64,000 bases of DNA from assembly GCF_009914755.1 (NCBI RefSeq), contig NC_060932.1; one strand, written 5' to 3'. Of the stretch, positions 33,084 through 50,934 are shown one piece after another; the stretch's first letter is position 1; every line of letters begins with the position of its first letter. This DNA is from the human T2T-CHM13v2.0 reference genome, Homo sapiens. A program made the position numbers and the translations under genes. The notes under the pieces are model-generated. The model did not search any database. It saw nothing but the letters and a program-made list of their open reading frames with translations, and had not been told where the DNA came from.

Positions 33084-33561
33084 TGTGGCAGACAGAATTA
33101 TGCTTCCCCCAAAGAGGTTCACATCCTGATCTCTGGAACATGGGGATGTCATATGCCATACAGAGAAGGGAAATTAAAGTCACAGGTGGAATTAAAGCTG
33201 ACCTTAAAAGAGGGAGATCCTTTTAGATTATCCAGAGGGCCCAGTCTCATCACAGAGTCCTTACAAGTGGGCGAGAGAGGCAGAAGAAGGGTTCAGAAAC
33301 ATGTGAGGTGACAAGTAACATTGCTGGCTTTGAGGATGGAGGAAGGAGCCATGAGACAAGGAATAACCGTCCCTAGAAGTTGGAAAAGGCAAGGAAATAG
33401 GAACTCCCCCAGAGCCTCCAGGAAGGAACACAGTCCTGCTAACACTCAGTGAGACCCACTTTGAACTTTGTATGTTCAGAACTGTATCATAATAAATGTG
33501 GGTGGATTTAAGCCTCTGAGTTTGTACTAGTTTGTTCCGGCAGCCCTAGGAAGTGAATGCA
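33084..33561 (+). mobile_element. MLT1 (ERVL-MaLR) solo LTR
   Basis: tgtggcagacagaat...ggcaaggaaa...cccagagcctccag...aataaatgtg...gcagccctaggaa. Confidence 0.85.
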
Positions 33562-36149
33562 ATGGGCGCAGCATTTGATGGCCAGCCTGGCATCCAGCCT
33601 GTGGGGAGTGGGAGCTGAGGGCAGTCCAAGGGAAATGTCCTTTGAGTGTGGCACCGGCAGGCAAACCCTTGTTTGGGTGTGATCATCAGTGAGTTGGGCC
33701 ACTGAAGCTGCCTGGTGACCTGGCAGGGATGGCTTAAGTAGGCAGGGTTTGCAGATCAGCGAGATAAAGGGGCTTGCATAAATTCACATGCCCATGGCTT
33801 CTCCCTCTGACAGCGCAGCCCTGCCTCCGGCTGCCTGGCCAGGATGGCGTGTTGGTGCATTAGGGACCCCTTCCTCTCCTGCCCTGCTGTTTAAATTGTT
33901 GGTCTGTTGGCGTTCTCAGGAGCCCTTTACCAGTACCCTTAGGCCCCAGACGACCTACTCCTCAAGCTGATCATATCTGCTGGCTGTGTCCCTGCTCTGG
34001 GCCCAGCACCCTCATGGTTTTCCATAACACGTATCCCAACTCCTGCTGATGGGACCCTCGTGAGCTGTCTGTGTAGGGAGCATGGCTGCCCCTGGGTCTG
34101 CTTTCCTGCCCCTGACCCACAGGAATAGGATGTGGCAGAGTGGGGGCCAGATGACAGAGGTGCTGGTGCTCTCTGAGCTGAGGCCCACTGCTGACCTGCT
34201 GGTGGCTTGTCCTGCTCTTGGATCATAGGCACTGGGACATCCTGCCTTCCTTCAGTGTCCCCTCCCACTCCCTCTCCTTCAGCATCAGAGGAATGAAGGA
34301 GGCCTGGAGGAGTAGCCCCTATCTAATAGAGACAGGAGTGGGCTGGGTGAGCATGGGGTGGTCGCAGGGGGAAGGGGATAGGAGATGGAGAGAGGAACCT
34401 GCTATCTGGTGGGTTCCAGGATGGTGACAGACAGTGGCAGAAGCAGTGCAGAGACCTTAGTTTGTGCTGGAGGTTCAGTTAATCACTGGTGAAGGCAGAC
34501 ATCACTGCAGGAGACCAGACTGTTATGTATTGTCTGTGCATTCATATTAGTACACAGGGAAGATCTTGGGCTCCGAGACCTAGGCAGATCTTGCCTCCCA
34601 TCTGCCGACCCTCCGCAGATGCTACACATTATGCCAGGTAAACACATTATCAAGGAGCCTTGGGCCGTGTTAGAGGAAGGCTCCTTGTGCCTGTGAGGAG
34701 TTTGCACTAATGCTATGTGTGTTTGTGTGTAAGGCTTGCATTCACTGATTCACTGTAGAGGATGACTTGAAACCCAAGTCATCAGCTGGGCAGTGCATGG
34801 GCTGCTCGCCTGAATGGTGAAGCTCTACCAAGTGGTTTCCACCTAGGGCCTGGCTTAGCTGGCCTCAGATGCCCTTCTCAGTTCTGCTCAAGACCTGCCT
34901 GCGGCCTTCCTCGGGCTTGCTTGCCCAGAATGCTAGGAATGGCCAGGGATACTGCCTGGGCATGTGTTTGGCCTCAGCCAAGGTCAGGCTGTCAGGAAGG
35001 AAGAAGGGGGAGGGGCACACTTGCCTGGGAGGGTGGAGGAGGAGGGGTCCAAGCCGCCACAGCCTGGCAGTCCTTTTTTGTGCAAAGGAGACCCATCAGC
35101 TCCTCTGCCTGGAACACCCCCATTTACTCCTCCGCAGTTAGAGGGGTGGGAGGTGAGGAATTTTGTGAGGGGAATTATCTCTGATCTTGATGTGCACATT
35201 CCTCGGCAGTATCCCGGGCTTGGCCAGCTTGCTGACACCTGGCTGGAATAACAATGAGCGATGCTTCTGGAGGATGCTCCGCTGGGGAGGGCTCTGCTGA
35301 ACCAGCACTTACTCCCTGCTTTTCGATCCTCACTCTGCCTTCCTGTCTGACAAAGGCCGGGCTATTGGGATGGTAATGCCCTCTGGGCTGGCCTTGATTG
35401 AAGGTAAAAAATGAACTTCGAGGATAGCCCCTGTGGCTGTGCAGTCTCATTTTTTATGCAGATATGTTGGGGGATGCAGAGACATGGTGGCGGGTGGGGT
35501 GGGGAGAAGGGGACTGGGAAATCTGAGACCTGAAGCTAAGATCTGAGATGTCATCCTTTATGGAGCATCTCCGGATGAAAATGTCCCAGAGGCCCTAGGT
35601 CACTCACCCTCTGCCCCCTAATAAAATCACTGTTGCTGCCTCCTGCTGAATCTGAAGTATGCCTTCACTGAGGGCAGGACGTCCATCTCAACTATTATCA
35701 AAGGAAAACATAACAAGAGGCAACAGCACAGCCCCCGGGGCATGAGGCTCCTTCCTCTGTGATCCCTCTGTCCTTGTCTGCCAGTGTTTTTTTCCTTGAC
35801 TTTTAAAATAATCTTTTTCTTATTATGAAATAGATATTTATTTTGCTTAACAAAGAATTCTGTAGTCCTTCTAGAAGCTAGGTAACTCTTCTAAGTCCTT
35901 TGCAAATATTAAGTCATTTAATTTAATCCTAGAGCAGTTCTGCGAGGTGGTGGGAAGACCTAGAGAGGTTAGGGTCCACCTTAGCACTAGCTCTCTGAGC
36001 TATAAGGCCTCAGGGTCTGTGGCATTCCCTACTCACTGAAAAGAAGGGAATTTAAAACATGAGTTCCACCACCCAGAAATGAAACAGTGTTCATTTCCAG
36101 AATCCAGGCATATGGTTGATTTTACCAATTTCCTATCACTTGAATCACA

Positions 36150-36476
36150 GTTTTTTTTGTTTGTTTGTTTTTGTTTGAGATGGAGTCTCACTCTATTGCC
36201 CAGGTTGGAGTACAATGGTATGATCTTGGCTCACTACAACCCCGACCTCCTGGGTTCAAGCAATTTTCGTGCCTCAGCTTCCAGAGTAGCTGGGGTTACG
36301 GGTGCATGCCACCACACCCAGCTAATTTTTTTGTATTTTTAGTAGAGATGGGTTTTCGCCATGTTGGCCAGGCTGGTCTCCAACTCCTGACCTCAGGTTA
36401 TCCACCCTCAGATTATCCACCCTCCTACACCTCCCACAGTGCTGGGATTACAGGTGTGAGTCACTGCACCTGGCCC
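36150..36476 (-). mobile_element. AluS
   Basis: Antisense Alu with a 16-bp internal tandem duplication. Confidence 0.93.
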
Positions 36477-36540
36477 ACAGGTTTTTTTTAATAGTCCTGT
36501 GTGTATAATTTTGCATCCTATTATTTCTCCTTCCTTTTAA

Positions 36541-36675
36541 CATATATATATATATACGTATATATATATGTATATACATATATATACATATATATGTATA
36601 TACATATATATATACGTATATATATGTATATACATATATATACATATATATGTACATATATATATATATGTATGT
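36541..36675. repeat. (TA)n-rich compound microsatellite
   Basis: ~135 bp of alternating TA/CA/TG. Confidence 0.95.
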
Positions 36676-36953
36676 ATTATCTCTTTACTTTTTAAAAGTT
36701 TCTCAGACTTTAAGAATTACTTAAAATTTCCCAAAACAAACCCACAGGCACTGCTGTGATCTTCAGGCACACTTTGGTATTCAGGAGTTGCTTCTGCTGG
36801 ACCAAAGTCAATAACAAGTAGCTTAAGAAGCTGTAGATGGCAGAGATAATATTGACTGGAGGCTTAGGGGTCTGGTTCAGGGTGGACTCAACAATTTTGC
36901 AAGTTCTATATTGTTAAAATTACAATGAATTATTTATAAGCAGTTGTTAGTAA

Positions 36954-37279
<326 letters not shown>

Positions 37280-37571
37280 TATTCTTTATTATTAAAAAAC
37301 AAAATGATGCTGATGCTTTCAAATATGTATTGCAGTCTTATTACTTAGTATTGAGCTTTGCAGTGTTGGACTAATATCACAAGTCGAAGGGACAAAGAAG
37401 ATGGTAGACAATACCAACTGTTTCCCATTAGGCTCTTTCCCTCCTCTTGTTTTTCTGAGACCTTAAGGGCCTGGTTGTTTCTACTGTTCCCTGCTACTTC
37501 ATAACCTGCAAGCTTGAGAATGTTTGTCATTTACAAATTTTACCTTATAGTAGAAGAACATAGTAAATAAT

Positions 37572-38342
37572 TGTACCAGATTGAGTAGTGTCCCCCCAAA
37601 ATTCATGCCTGTATGAACTTCAGAACATGGCATTATTTGGACATAGGGTTTTTGTTTTTGTTTTTGTTTTGAGATGGAGTCTCGCTCTGTCACTCAGGAA
37701 GGAGTGCAGTGGCGTGATCTCGGCTTACTGCAACCTCTGCCTCCTGGGTTCAAGCTATTCTCCTGCCTCAGCCGTCCGAGTAGCTGAGATTACAGGCACC
37801 CGCCACCAGGCTTGGCTATTTTTTGTACTTTTAGTAGAGACAGGGTGTCACCATGTTGGCCAGGCTGGTCTCGAACTCCTGACCTTCAGTGATCCTCCTG
37901 TCTCGGCTTCCCAAAGTGTTGGGGTTACAGGCACGAGCCACTGTGCCTGGTGGACATTGGGTCTTTTTAGATGTCATTACTTAAGATGATATCATATTGG
38001 ATTAGGGTGGGGGCTAAAGCCAATGACCCATGTCCTCAGAGGAGAAGAGAGGGACATAGGAAAGAAGGATTTGTAGAGATACAGGGAGAAGGCCATGTGA
38101 CCACAGAGGCAGAGATTAGAGTGACACAGCTACAAGCCAAGGAGCTCCAAGGATTGCAGGAAGCCACCAGATGCCAGAAAGAGGCAAGGAAGGATCTTTC
38201 ATGGAGCCTTCAGAGGGAGCACAGTCCCGCTGACACCTTGATCTTGGACATCTAGTCCCCAGAACTGTGAGAGAGTGCATCTGCTGATGTAAGCCACCCA
38301 GTTTGTAGCAATTTGTTATGGCTGCCCTCAGAAACTAAGACA
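37572..38342 (+). mobile_element. MLT1C-like LTR interrupted by an Alu
   Basis: gaggcagagattagagtga...caagccaagga...ccccagaactgtgaga...gaaactaagaca. Confidence 0.85.
37648..37950 (-). mobile_element. AluS inside the MLT1
   Basis: TSD tggacat(a/t)gggt. Confidence 0.94.
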
Positions 38343-39609
38343 GTAGCCAACACAGAACCAAATACCCTTTGGGGATTGAGGGAAGTGGAGCGGGAGAATG
38401 AGCGGCACTCCCTCCCTTTACATAGGACTACTTGGTAAATATTTACTGAATGAAGGAAAGCTGAAGTATCTGTAGAACTGGCCATTTCATTCTGCATTTA
38501 GAGCTCTGGGAGCTCTTGAAATGTCTAGACAAACATCCTCTTCAGCTAGAGGAAGCTCCTTCTCCCACTTACTAGCTATGAGATCTTGGGCAGATGGCTT
38601 AACATTTCTGGGCCTCAGTGACCTTACTTGCAAAGTTGTCTGGGTCAAGGCAATGATTAAATGCGATGATGCATGTAAAGCCCCAGCATGCAGCCTGAAA
38701 ATGTGAGCCCTTATTATTTATACTGTTTGCCAAAGTGGTGAGTAGTGTTGCTGAATATGCCGTGTGTCCTATTAACTCTGTGACGGCCACAGTCACGTCT
38801 CCTTTCTGCCTCCTCCTCCTCCTCCTCTCTGTCCAGTGACTAGGGAGGGCAGGAAGTTCAGAGGGTGAAATGCTGAATTAATTCCTGTCCTCCTGGTCTA
38901 TATTCCAGATCACCCTGTGGGTGGGTTGAAAACCATGCCCTGTCTACCTCCTCTGCAAGGAAAAAATAAAGACAGAGAGCAAATCTAAAACACGCAATGC
39001 AGAGGAATGGTTACTGCCTGCTGTGTGCCTCTCCAGGGAGCACCAGGAGGGGCTGTGTGGGACAGGGACACTGCGTATAAGTGACACTCCTCCACATTTT
39101 GGCCTGGAGTTAGCACATACAACTGCCTTTTTGCTGACGCGATGCCCAGGAGCCCTCTCAGGGGATGGCAAATCTCAGAATAAATGTGTTTTTTACTCAT
39201 GGAATGCAGGGGAATGGATATGAAAACTTTTGTATCAAATAGACATTAGCGAGGAGAGGGATGCTTCACATCCTAGGTTTGTGTGATGTCGGCACAGCTG
39301 ATGAGGTCTTTGCAAATTTTGCTGCTGAGGAAGGGATGCGCTGGACTCCCAGTGTCCAGGGGCCCTCTGCTTGTCTGTCCTTAGGCAGAGTCCACCAGAA
39401 TCGGGTAAAGTATGTGACTGCCTCTTAGTGTAGGGCATGACGTCAACTGTGAGGAGAAGAGATCAAGATACAGCTCTTTGGTGGTGTTTTTTGACCCATA
39501 TCCAGGAACTGTTCCCACACCCAGAGAGGAATATCTGCAAGTTCTGGTGCCAGATGTTGATTCAAAAACAAAACCCAGCGAAGCATCTGTACTTTTTTTT
39601 CTGATTGTA

Positions 39610-40455
<846 letters not shown>

Positions 40456-42750
40456 TTCATTAAAAATAACTTCAAACACTACAGAAATGTTAAAAGTAGA
40501 AGTGACCTTTCCGTAGAATGTCATGCCTGTACTTTGGCAGAGAATTTCAATGGAAGCATCCAGAAAACCCTGGCTCGGAATCTGAGCTTGATTATTTCAG
40601 TGTTTCAGGTCTCACATGGGGGACAGTCTTGCCACTGTCAAAGGCCATCATGAGAGTTACAGCAGACTTTTGATGAAATTATGTCCACAGTGGTCCCTGG
40701 TCCTTTGTGGTTTGAGATATATTCTTTGTCCCCACGCCTGCCCCTTGCTTCAGATCTTCTAGGAATCCAGATACATTAAAGCAAAGTGACGGGACAGCCC
40801 TGTCCATTTCCTGATCTGTTGCTGACTGTACCACTGAGCTGCTCTCTCCTACTGAGCCCCGCATGGTTCCTCCTGTTTTCCTGCCCTCTCACTTGCTGGT
40901 GTTGGCCTGCTCTGGCTGTTCTGCTTGGGGTTAGGTGAGGATATGGGGCAGAAGGCTTCCAGCCTGGAGCGCCTATGGTGTCCCAAGACAAGGGCCTGCC
41001 TCTGGCCTCTGGGTGTGTCCTCCTGCGAGTTTTAGAGAAATCTGGGCAGGCTCAGACTGAATGCCTGCTTCTCCTTTCAGCCTTCTGAAGATTCCCATGA
41101 CACACACCTGATTTACCTTCAGCTCTTTTACTTGCTGGGTAAGCACAGCCCTGGATTACTTGGCATCTGGAATTAACTGAAGGGTAACACTTTCTTAACC
41201 TTATTTGGAAAATGAATAGGAAGGAGACCCCTTCTAACTTCTGGAAGCACAAAAGTGTGTTTATCCTTCAGGAGCATTCTTGGCTGCTGAAAAATCATCA
41301 TGGCTAGCTTTCACTTTCACGTATTGAGCTAGTAGGTGGTATCAATAGTAGCTAATATCTATTTCATGTTTTTTTGTGTAGGAGGGACCTGGCGTGCAAT
41401 TTGCATGGATTGTCTCATTTTATCCTCCCAGCAGGTAAAAGAGCTGGGAGGGAGTAAAGGGAGTTGTTAATTTCTGAGAAGGAAGGTGAAACTTAGGAAT
41501 GTTAAATACCCCTCTTGGTGTACACAGTATGCAATGGAGGCAGGGTGCAAATGTGCTATGGAGATTTCAGAGCCTGGGCTTCCCAGAGGAGGCCTTTGCC
41601 CCACAGAATCTTTGCTCCATTTCTCCACTTTGCTGCCTCTATGAATCAATGATTCTGTGTTGTCCATTTTTCCTTTGCAATCTTTTGCTATCTCTTCATT
41701 AAAAATGGTCTCCATCATTCTGGCCAAGCACAGTGACTAACATACAATAGGTGTGCAGTAAATGTCTAGTGGATGAATACCCAGTGTGAACATTAATTGA
41801 GCACCACTAGCTGCCAAGCAGCCAAGCACCCTATATCTGGGAGATGTAGAATTTAAGGCTGTGTAGTCACTGTCCTCAAGCTGCTCACAGCTTTGTGTAA
41901 GACACTCAAGGGAACATGCAAAGCTCAGGGCAGCTCAATTTGGGGCGAGGGTTATGGAGAAAATACAGTCTGCATGCTTTTAGTACATGCAGTTCTGCAT
42001 CTTGGGGTGCAGTGCTAGAGTGAATGACACAGTAGAGGTGACAGGCTTAGGATTTAAATTTGATAATGTCATGATGCCATGGGAGCACTGGAGAAGGGGC
42101 AGCAGTGGATTCAGCTGAGAGTCGCAAGGGGTTAATGAGAAGATTGGGAAAGGCTGCACAGAGGAGGAGAAGGGCTTTGTAGGATGAGTAGAGGTTCACC
42201 AAGGGTGGGTAACAGTTAGAGGAACAGCAGGTACAGAAGCCCAGAGGAGAATCAGTGAATGACACATCCACCATGTCCAGAGATCAGGGATGGTTGCAGC
42301 TGAAGCTAAAAGTGTAAGAGCTTGGACTGTGGATCTTCAATCCCAGTTCATCTTATTCCCACCCATATGGCTGGTGCTATGGTTTTGTCACCTGTAACAC
42401 AAGTATGAGACTGGTACCTTCCTAGGAGGGGTGTTGAGAGTCTGAGCCACACTCAAATTCTTGGTGTGCAGTGTCTCTGATCTGAAATGTGCACCGTGAA
42501 TGTTAGCAGTGGGTATTACCTTTGGCCTGATTGTGAAGCGGGTTTGAGACAGAAGTGAAGCAGTTCAATTTGTTGTGTGATCTTCTTCTTCCCCAAAAGA
42601 AGGTTTTCATCCTCCTTAAGGCTTTTGCCCACCCTTCCCTTCCTTCACATCCCTGGTGGGTACCCTTCCCACCTGCAGGAAGCCTACTGATCTTTGAGTT
42701 TTGGCCTGCCACCTGGCCCTTCCCTCGCTCTGCAGTCTTGGTTGGCCTCC

Positions 42751-42752
<2 letters not shown>

Positions 42753-42785
<33 letters not shown>
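42753..42785. repeat. (GT)n microsatellite
   Basis: About 16 units. Confidence 0.95.
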
Positions 42786-42789
<4 letters not shown>

Positions 42790-43159
42790 TGTGGCCCTGG
42801 GCTGCACTGTGCCTGCTGGAGCAGGTGCAGTTGCCCTTTCACCATGCGTGCTTCTTTGGATGTGACCCCTTGGGTGCCTGTGTATTTAGAGTGGAGGAAC
42901 GTCCTCCACTATAATGATGAGAAGTGTCATTGCTAGTTGCACTCAGTTTTCTATGGTGTTTGGGGGAGAAATTGGGGTGCTGGATTTTGGTTTTAACTCT
43001 TTCCCACCTTAACCAGTGACTGTGGAAAGTTGCACATCGTCCCCTTCCTCACAGCTGGGGTCTGTTCTTCCTCCGGGTGTTACGGTTTGTGAGAGCCAGG
43101 AGGGTACACAGAGGTGGCCTGATTTCTGGAGCCATAGCAAGAAGGGAGAGGTGTGTGTC

Positions 43160-43196
43160 CTCTCTGTCTCTGTCTCTGTCTCTGTCTCTGACTCTG

Positions 43197-43229
<33 letters not shown>

Positions 43230-43230
43230 T
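43160..43230. repeat. (CTCTGT)n/(CT)n repeat
   Basis: Seen directly. Confidence 0.9.
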
Positions 43231-43869
43231 CTTTCTCCCTCTCCCTTTTTCACATGTTGTTTTCTGATTATAAGAGGAATACTTCATCATTAGACATATT
43301 TCGAGCCTCCGTTCCTCATCTATGAAATAAGCATAGTAAAGAACTGAAGGATTTAAAGGGATGTGGCCAAGTGTGCAAAGTCATATGTGCTCAATAATTT
43401 ATTTTCCTTGTTTTCTTTTCCATTTCCTTCTTCTCCTCTAAGGCGCTCCACATCTCCGTGATATAGCGTGTACTCCTTTCCTCATTTTCTTTTCTCTGAG
43501 ACAAAGGGAAGTTCCTAGTTCTGCTATTTCCTAGTTCAGTGACCTTGGACAAGGCACCCTGGGGAGCCTTAGCTGCTCATATGCACAAGCTTCTAGCAAC
43601 TGCTTCCAAGGGAAGGGTGGGGAGGAAGGGAGACCCTGAGTGTTTGGACCCCGCCTGTGCTCAGCACAGAATGGAGCTCAGTAAGGGCAGGTCGTGGGCT
43701 CCTTCTTCTCCCTTTCAGCAACCATCACTCATATTCTTTTTTATCTCCAAGGCCTCATGCTGGAAAGAGATTGATTGCTCTCTGAGCAGTAAGTCCTCTG
43801 AAACAGGGTTTCTCTGGGGAGTTCTGTGGCACCCCTGCCTTACCTGGGGGACCTGGCAAAGAGGCACCC

Positions 43870-43992
43870 TCCACCCCCCCTCACCCTCAGCCAGGTTTAC
43901 TGAACAGAGTTACGGGGGTGGGCCTCCGGATCTGCATTGGAGCAAGTCCACAGGTGGTGCTTAGGCACACTCAGGTTTGAGAGCCACTGACC
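43870..43992. mobile_element. MER5A-like fragment
   Basis: tctgcatt...caagtccacaggtg...ggtttgagagccactg. Confidence 0.6.
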
Positions 43993-44098
43993 TAGAGGGG
44001 AAGACTGGGAGAAGCCTTTTAAGAGACCAGTACTGTGACTTGCACCATGGAGACACCTGGAAAACATACAGTGATTCACACACACGCCCCAAACAGCA

Positions 44099-44129
<31 letters not shown>
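44099..44129. repeat. (GT)n microsatellite
   Basis: Seen directly. Confidence 0.9.
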
Positions 44130-45551
44130 GTTTCACACTTGGTTTGCTATGAATGCTGTAATGCCACCCAGTTCCCACAGAGCTCTGGGGACTCAGGTTC
44201 CCCAAGTCAGGGTTCTTTTCTGGAGTGCTATTCTGACAGGTTTTTATTTTTATTTTTTTAATTATTTTATTTTATTTTTATTTTATTAGTATTATTATAT
44301 CTGACAGGTTTTTAATACAGTGAATTTGTATGTCTCCTGTGTATTTATTTTAGCTGCTCCCTTCTTTCCCCTTCTCTCCCTTTCCTCTCATCTCCTCCCG
44401 CTTTCGTCCTTTACCTTTCCCTGGATGATATTAGCATTACCCGTACACTCTTCCCATCTCCTGGCCCCTCCAGTTCTGAAGGGATGGGGACTAAGTGGGA
44501 TCTGTCCTCTAAGCAGGCGGAGGAGGGAACCATGTCAGCTCCTAGGTGCCCCCAGAGCACCTGCTGCCAGTTTTCCACAACTCCTGTCCTCCGTGGCGCT
44601 TGGGTGACAGCAGAGCAGAGCCGATGTGCCTGCTCCTGGTCATGGGCTGTTCGTGCTGTCATCGCTTTCATTTGCCCCATCCCCCCAATTTGGACTTACC
44701 CAGAATCCTTGGGCAAGCTAGATGGCTGCCAAAGTTTACTTAGCGAGATGTGCCTGCGTGACTTGAGTAGAGACCTGCTTCTGAGAAAGTCAGAAGTGCA
44801 TTCCAAAGTCAGGAGCGTGACCTCCCCGGAAGCCCAGCTAATCCAGGTTTTAAAGAGGAGTTGGAACAAAGGTGGTGATTATGGGATGTATGGAGCTGTG
44901 GGATGTGGGAGAGGACAGGTTTAGCAGAGTGGCGTGGTGGAAAGTTTCCTCTCGCCGAGGAGGCGAACTCCCCAGCGCCTGAGACAGCGGGAGCTCAGAG
45001 CGCCTAGAATGTGCCCAGATTCTAAAGTGAAGCAGGCTGTGGTGTGATGATGGCCCCCGAGGGGACTTGCAGTCTTATGGACCTGGGTTCAAGGCCACCC
45101 TCTTCAGCCACACAAACTGGGCAAGGGGCCCGCCCTTTTCACGCTGCTGTTTCTGTAACTTTCAGATATGAGACCTGTCTGTGGGGTTGTGAGGATACAT
45201 GGGGATTAAGTGGGAAATTAAAAGGGTTTTCTTTGTGACTGGTGACTGATAAATGCCATTTCCTTTCATCCTCCTTATTTTGACATTAGCCCCAACCTCT
45301 ACCCCGAGGGTCTCTCTCTCTCTCTTCCCAACTTAGATTCCTCTCAGGGGACACATAGACAACCCAGAAAAGCAGCTCTGATCTCTCGTGGAGCTTCCCT
45401 GAACTCCACACCGCACATCTACTACTGTTTAGGATAACATTTTGACTTAGTCCTTAAACGGACTATTTCTCATAGTCCTGTTTTGTAAATGAGATTTTAA
45501 GCTCTTTGCAGACAGGGACCAGTATAAACTCTTGAGTCTCTGTCAAACTTA

Positions 45552-45899
<348 letters not shown>

Positions 45900-47063
45900 T
45901 CATTGTTTGACGGCTCAGGTCCTTGGCACTTTACCCCTTTGTTCATGATTGATTGACATTTGGACCTTTGCTGACCTTTCCCTGAGGGATTTTGTGGGCA
46001 TAGTCAAACAAAAGGAAATTGAAAAAAAAAACCCCACAAATTTTGAAGGTCTGTCACTTGGAGAAGAACAGTGTTCATGACTCTTCTTCGTCATTTCAGC
46101 ATCTTAATCATCTTGAGCCTAAAGATGAAGGAGAGTGGAGGTGAGCCTGATTAAATGGGAGCTTTTCCTATATTGAGGATCTACTAGGTGCAAGGACCTC
46201 ACTTGGGTTATCTCTAGCCTTCCCCCAACTCTGCAAGGCATTTCACAGATATGGATGCAGGTTCAAAGAACTGAAGCTTAAAGCTTCGCAGATTTGGAAG
46301 CCTCAGAGCTAGAATTCTCCCCCTAGCCTGTTTGTCTCTGAAGCGTTGGTTATTGCTTGACATTGCATCCCTCCCTCTTTTTTCCCTCTCTTCCTCTTTC
46401 CCTTCCCTGCCACTGTCTGCCTGTCTTCCTGTCTGCCTCTCTTTCTGTCTTAAAATTACTGTTGCTATTCCTTACTGGTCTGGTCTGGTCTAGTTAATTA
46501 AAAAGAAGGCTATCGTGAGGTAACCCTGGGATCCTTATTGGCACAGTCATATTCCCATAACTTTTAGGTGCCTGAGTCCTAATGGATCTGTAAGACAGTG
46601 CCCATCAGCGAGAAATACCCACAGCCTCCCTGGATGCTGCCCACAGGCATCTTGCAGATGAGGGTGTTTGCCTTCTCACCTGCAAGGGGGTGGGGAGAAG
46701 TGGCCAGGGGTGGGCTGTTCTGGGGACGCCTGCCTCCCCACTCCCTGAGCCTAGGGGGAATGATATTATGGCTTCAGGCCACAACTAGACACATTATCTA
46801 CTCTGACAGGGAGCCAGTCTGGAGAAGGATGTCATGGATGACGTGAAGAAATTACTGAGGGAAAAAGAGCAAGGCGTGAGCCCTATTGGGGCTGTTTTGG
46901 TCAACTCCTGGCAGTAGATGATATTGATGCTTTGGAAATCTCTATTTTCCTTGCATTTCCCAGCAAAGTGCCATTCCCATCTCTTTCTTTTAGAAGCTTC
47001 TTATCCTATGGCTCTGCCTCCAGTCTTTCTCATCACATAATTCTTCAAAGGCAAGGCAGACTA

Positions 47064-47408
<345 letters not shown>

Positions 47409-48137
47409 AAAGTCTCCGGAGGCAGTGCCTGGGCTCGTATCCTAGCTCTGTCTCTTGCTGACTCCTGCATGGCTTGGGCATACTTGGGCTTTGCTGTGCA
47501 CCAGTGTTCTCGTTTCTTAGTGAGTTCGTATCTCACAGCATTGTTGGAGATTACAGGAACACAACCAATGCTCTCAGAACCAGCACTCAGGAAGTGTGGT
47601 AATTACATGCTCTTCTGGGCTTCTGGTCATGCCACCTTCGACGGACAATGCGCCAGCACCCACCAGTTTAAGGACCAGTTCCTCCTCTAGGCATTGTGCC
47701 CAGCGCACCCTTCTCATGGAGATTTGCTTCTCACTCTGCATCTGCAGGTCTTCGCTGGGTGATCTTGGGCAAGTCACTTTACTTCTCCAGGCCTTACTTC
47801 TCAGCTCTTCAGTGAGGACATTGAACGAGATTATTTCCAAGGTTTCTTGTGTGCTGACGTACTGGGGCCTCTCACATTCTATGTGGTCCAACCTTTCCTC
47901 CTGTTCCTCAGCTTCTGCCAGCCCGCCAGGGCAACCTGGTTATCAACAAATGTCCTCGCTTATGGACATGTCCTGCTTCTCTGGAAATCTTAGTACAGCC
48001 TGAAAGCTCCATGAAGTCAGGATTGTGTCTTTCATGTTTGATATGATTTCTGGCTTCTAGCACTGTGCTAGGAGCTAGCACGTGAACACTGTCTGTGTAG
48101 CTGGAATTAATCACCCACTATTCCAGTCAACAATTCC

Positions 48138-48735
<598 letters not shown>

Positions 48736-49244
48736 CTTTCCAGTCATTTCTTAAGCGATGTTGAGTTCCCAAGCACTGTGCCGGACACGCATGGGTTGCT
48801 GGAGGCTGGCAGAACCCGAATGTCAGTATTCCTGAAGAATGGCTCTAAGCAATGTACCTTGCAGAGCTCAAGCAGGGCTCTGCTGCATCATGCCCATGAA
48901 GGTGCCTGCTGGTAGAAGGCTGGTTCTATACTGGCTGCTTGCCTCCTCCTTGTGGAGACCCACATTGTGTCTGGCAAAGTGCAGAAGGAAATCAAGCCCT
49001 TAATAACATTAGGGAACTGGACTGGGTTCGGTTTGCATCTCCCGAGTCTGACTCGTGGGAGTAACCACCATAATAGCAGCGCTGTGCTGTTGAGGGTGAC
49101 TTTGACTATCTGCTTGTGTTGTGAGCCCACTGTGTGCCGGAGCACTCTCTATACATTCAGTCTTGTCCGCAGATGAACTCCAGTGGACACATGTTTCTAT
49201 TCCTTATTATTATTATTATCATTTGTTTTTCTGAGATAATAATA

Positions 49245-49918
<674 letters not shown>

Positions 49919-50328
49919 TGAGCTTAAGGGATGTGCCCAAGGCCACACGGTTGTGACCACAGCATGAGGATTCACACCTTGGTTCCTGTGGCTCCCATCC
50001 CCCCTCCCCTGAATGAGGAATCGGGTGAGTGTGACGGGAGCAGGCACTCGAAGGCTTGGGAATTCCAAAGCAGCTGATCCATGTCATCCCAGCACACGTT
50101 AGGGAGGAAGTGAAACGAAGCAAAAATAGAGCCTGTCAGCGGGGGGACAGCTGCCGCTTTCTCTGGGAACAGATCTCCCCGCTTTATCTTCCAGGTTAGG
50201 AAAGCCCCAGCTCCTGGGGTACCACAGAGAAATAATGTGAGCACAGCCAGAGAAATTGCCACCTCTCCCTTCCTCAGAAGAAGATAAAGGAGACATCGTC
50301 TTTTTGGCATCAGTTTTGAAGAAATCTT

Positions 50329-50620
<292 letters not shown>

Positions 50621-50827
50621 CAGTTTTGAAGAAATCTTACTTCACAATCCTGAGAGAAAGAGAAATTGAGGCACACTTAGCATGTGAGACTGATTTCTCA
50701 CTTCTGCTGCTACAACTGCTGCCCCATTGACCGGGTCTCAGAGGTGTTATAATTAACATCCTCTGACTCTTGCTGGTACTAAAATTAACAACATGACTGG
50801 TCCCTTCTGCAAGAGAGGGAAAGAGAT

Positions 50828-50901
50828 ACACACATGTGCACATACACGCACACACATGCCTGCACACACACACTTGCACGCATACATGCATGCACACACA
50901 T

Positions 50902-50934
<33 letters not shown>

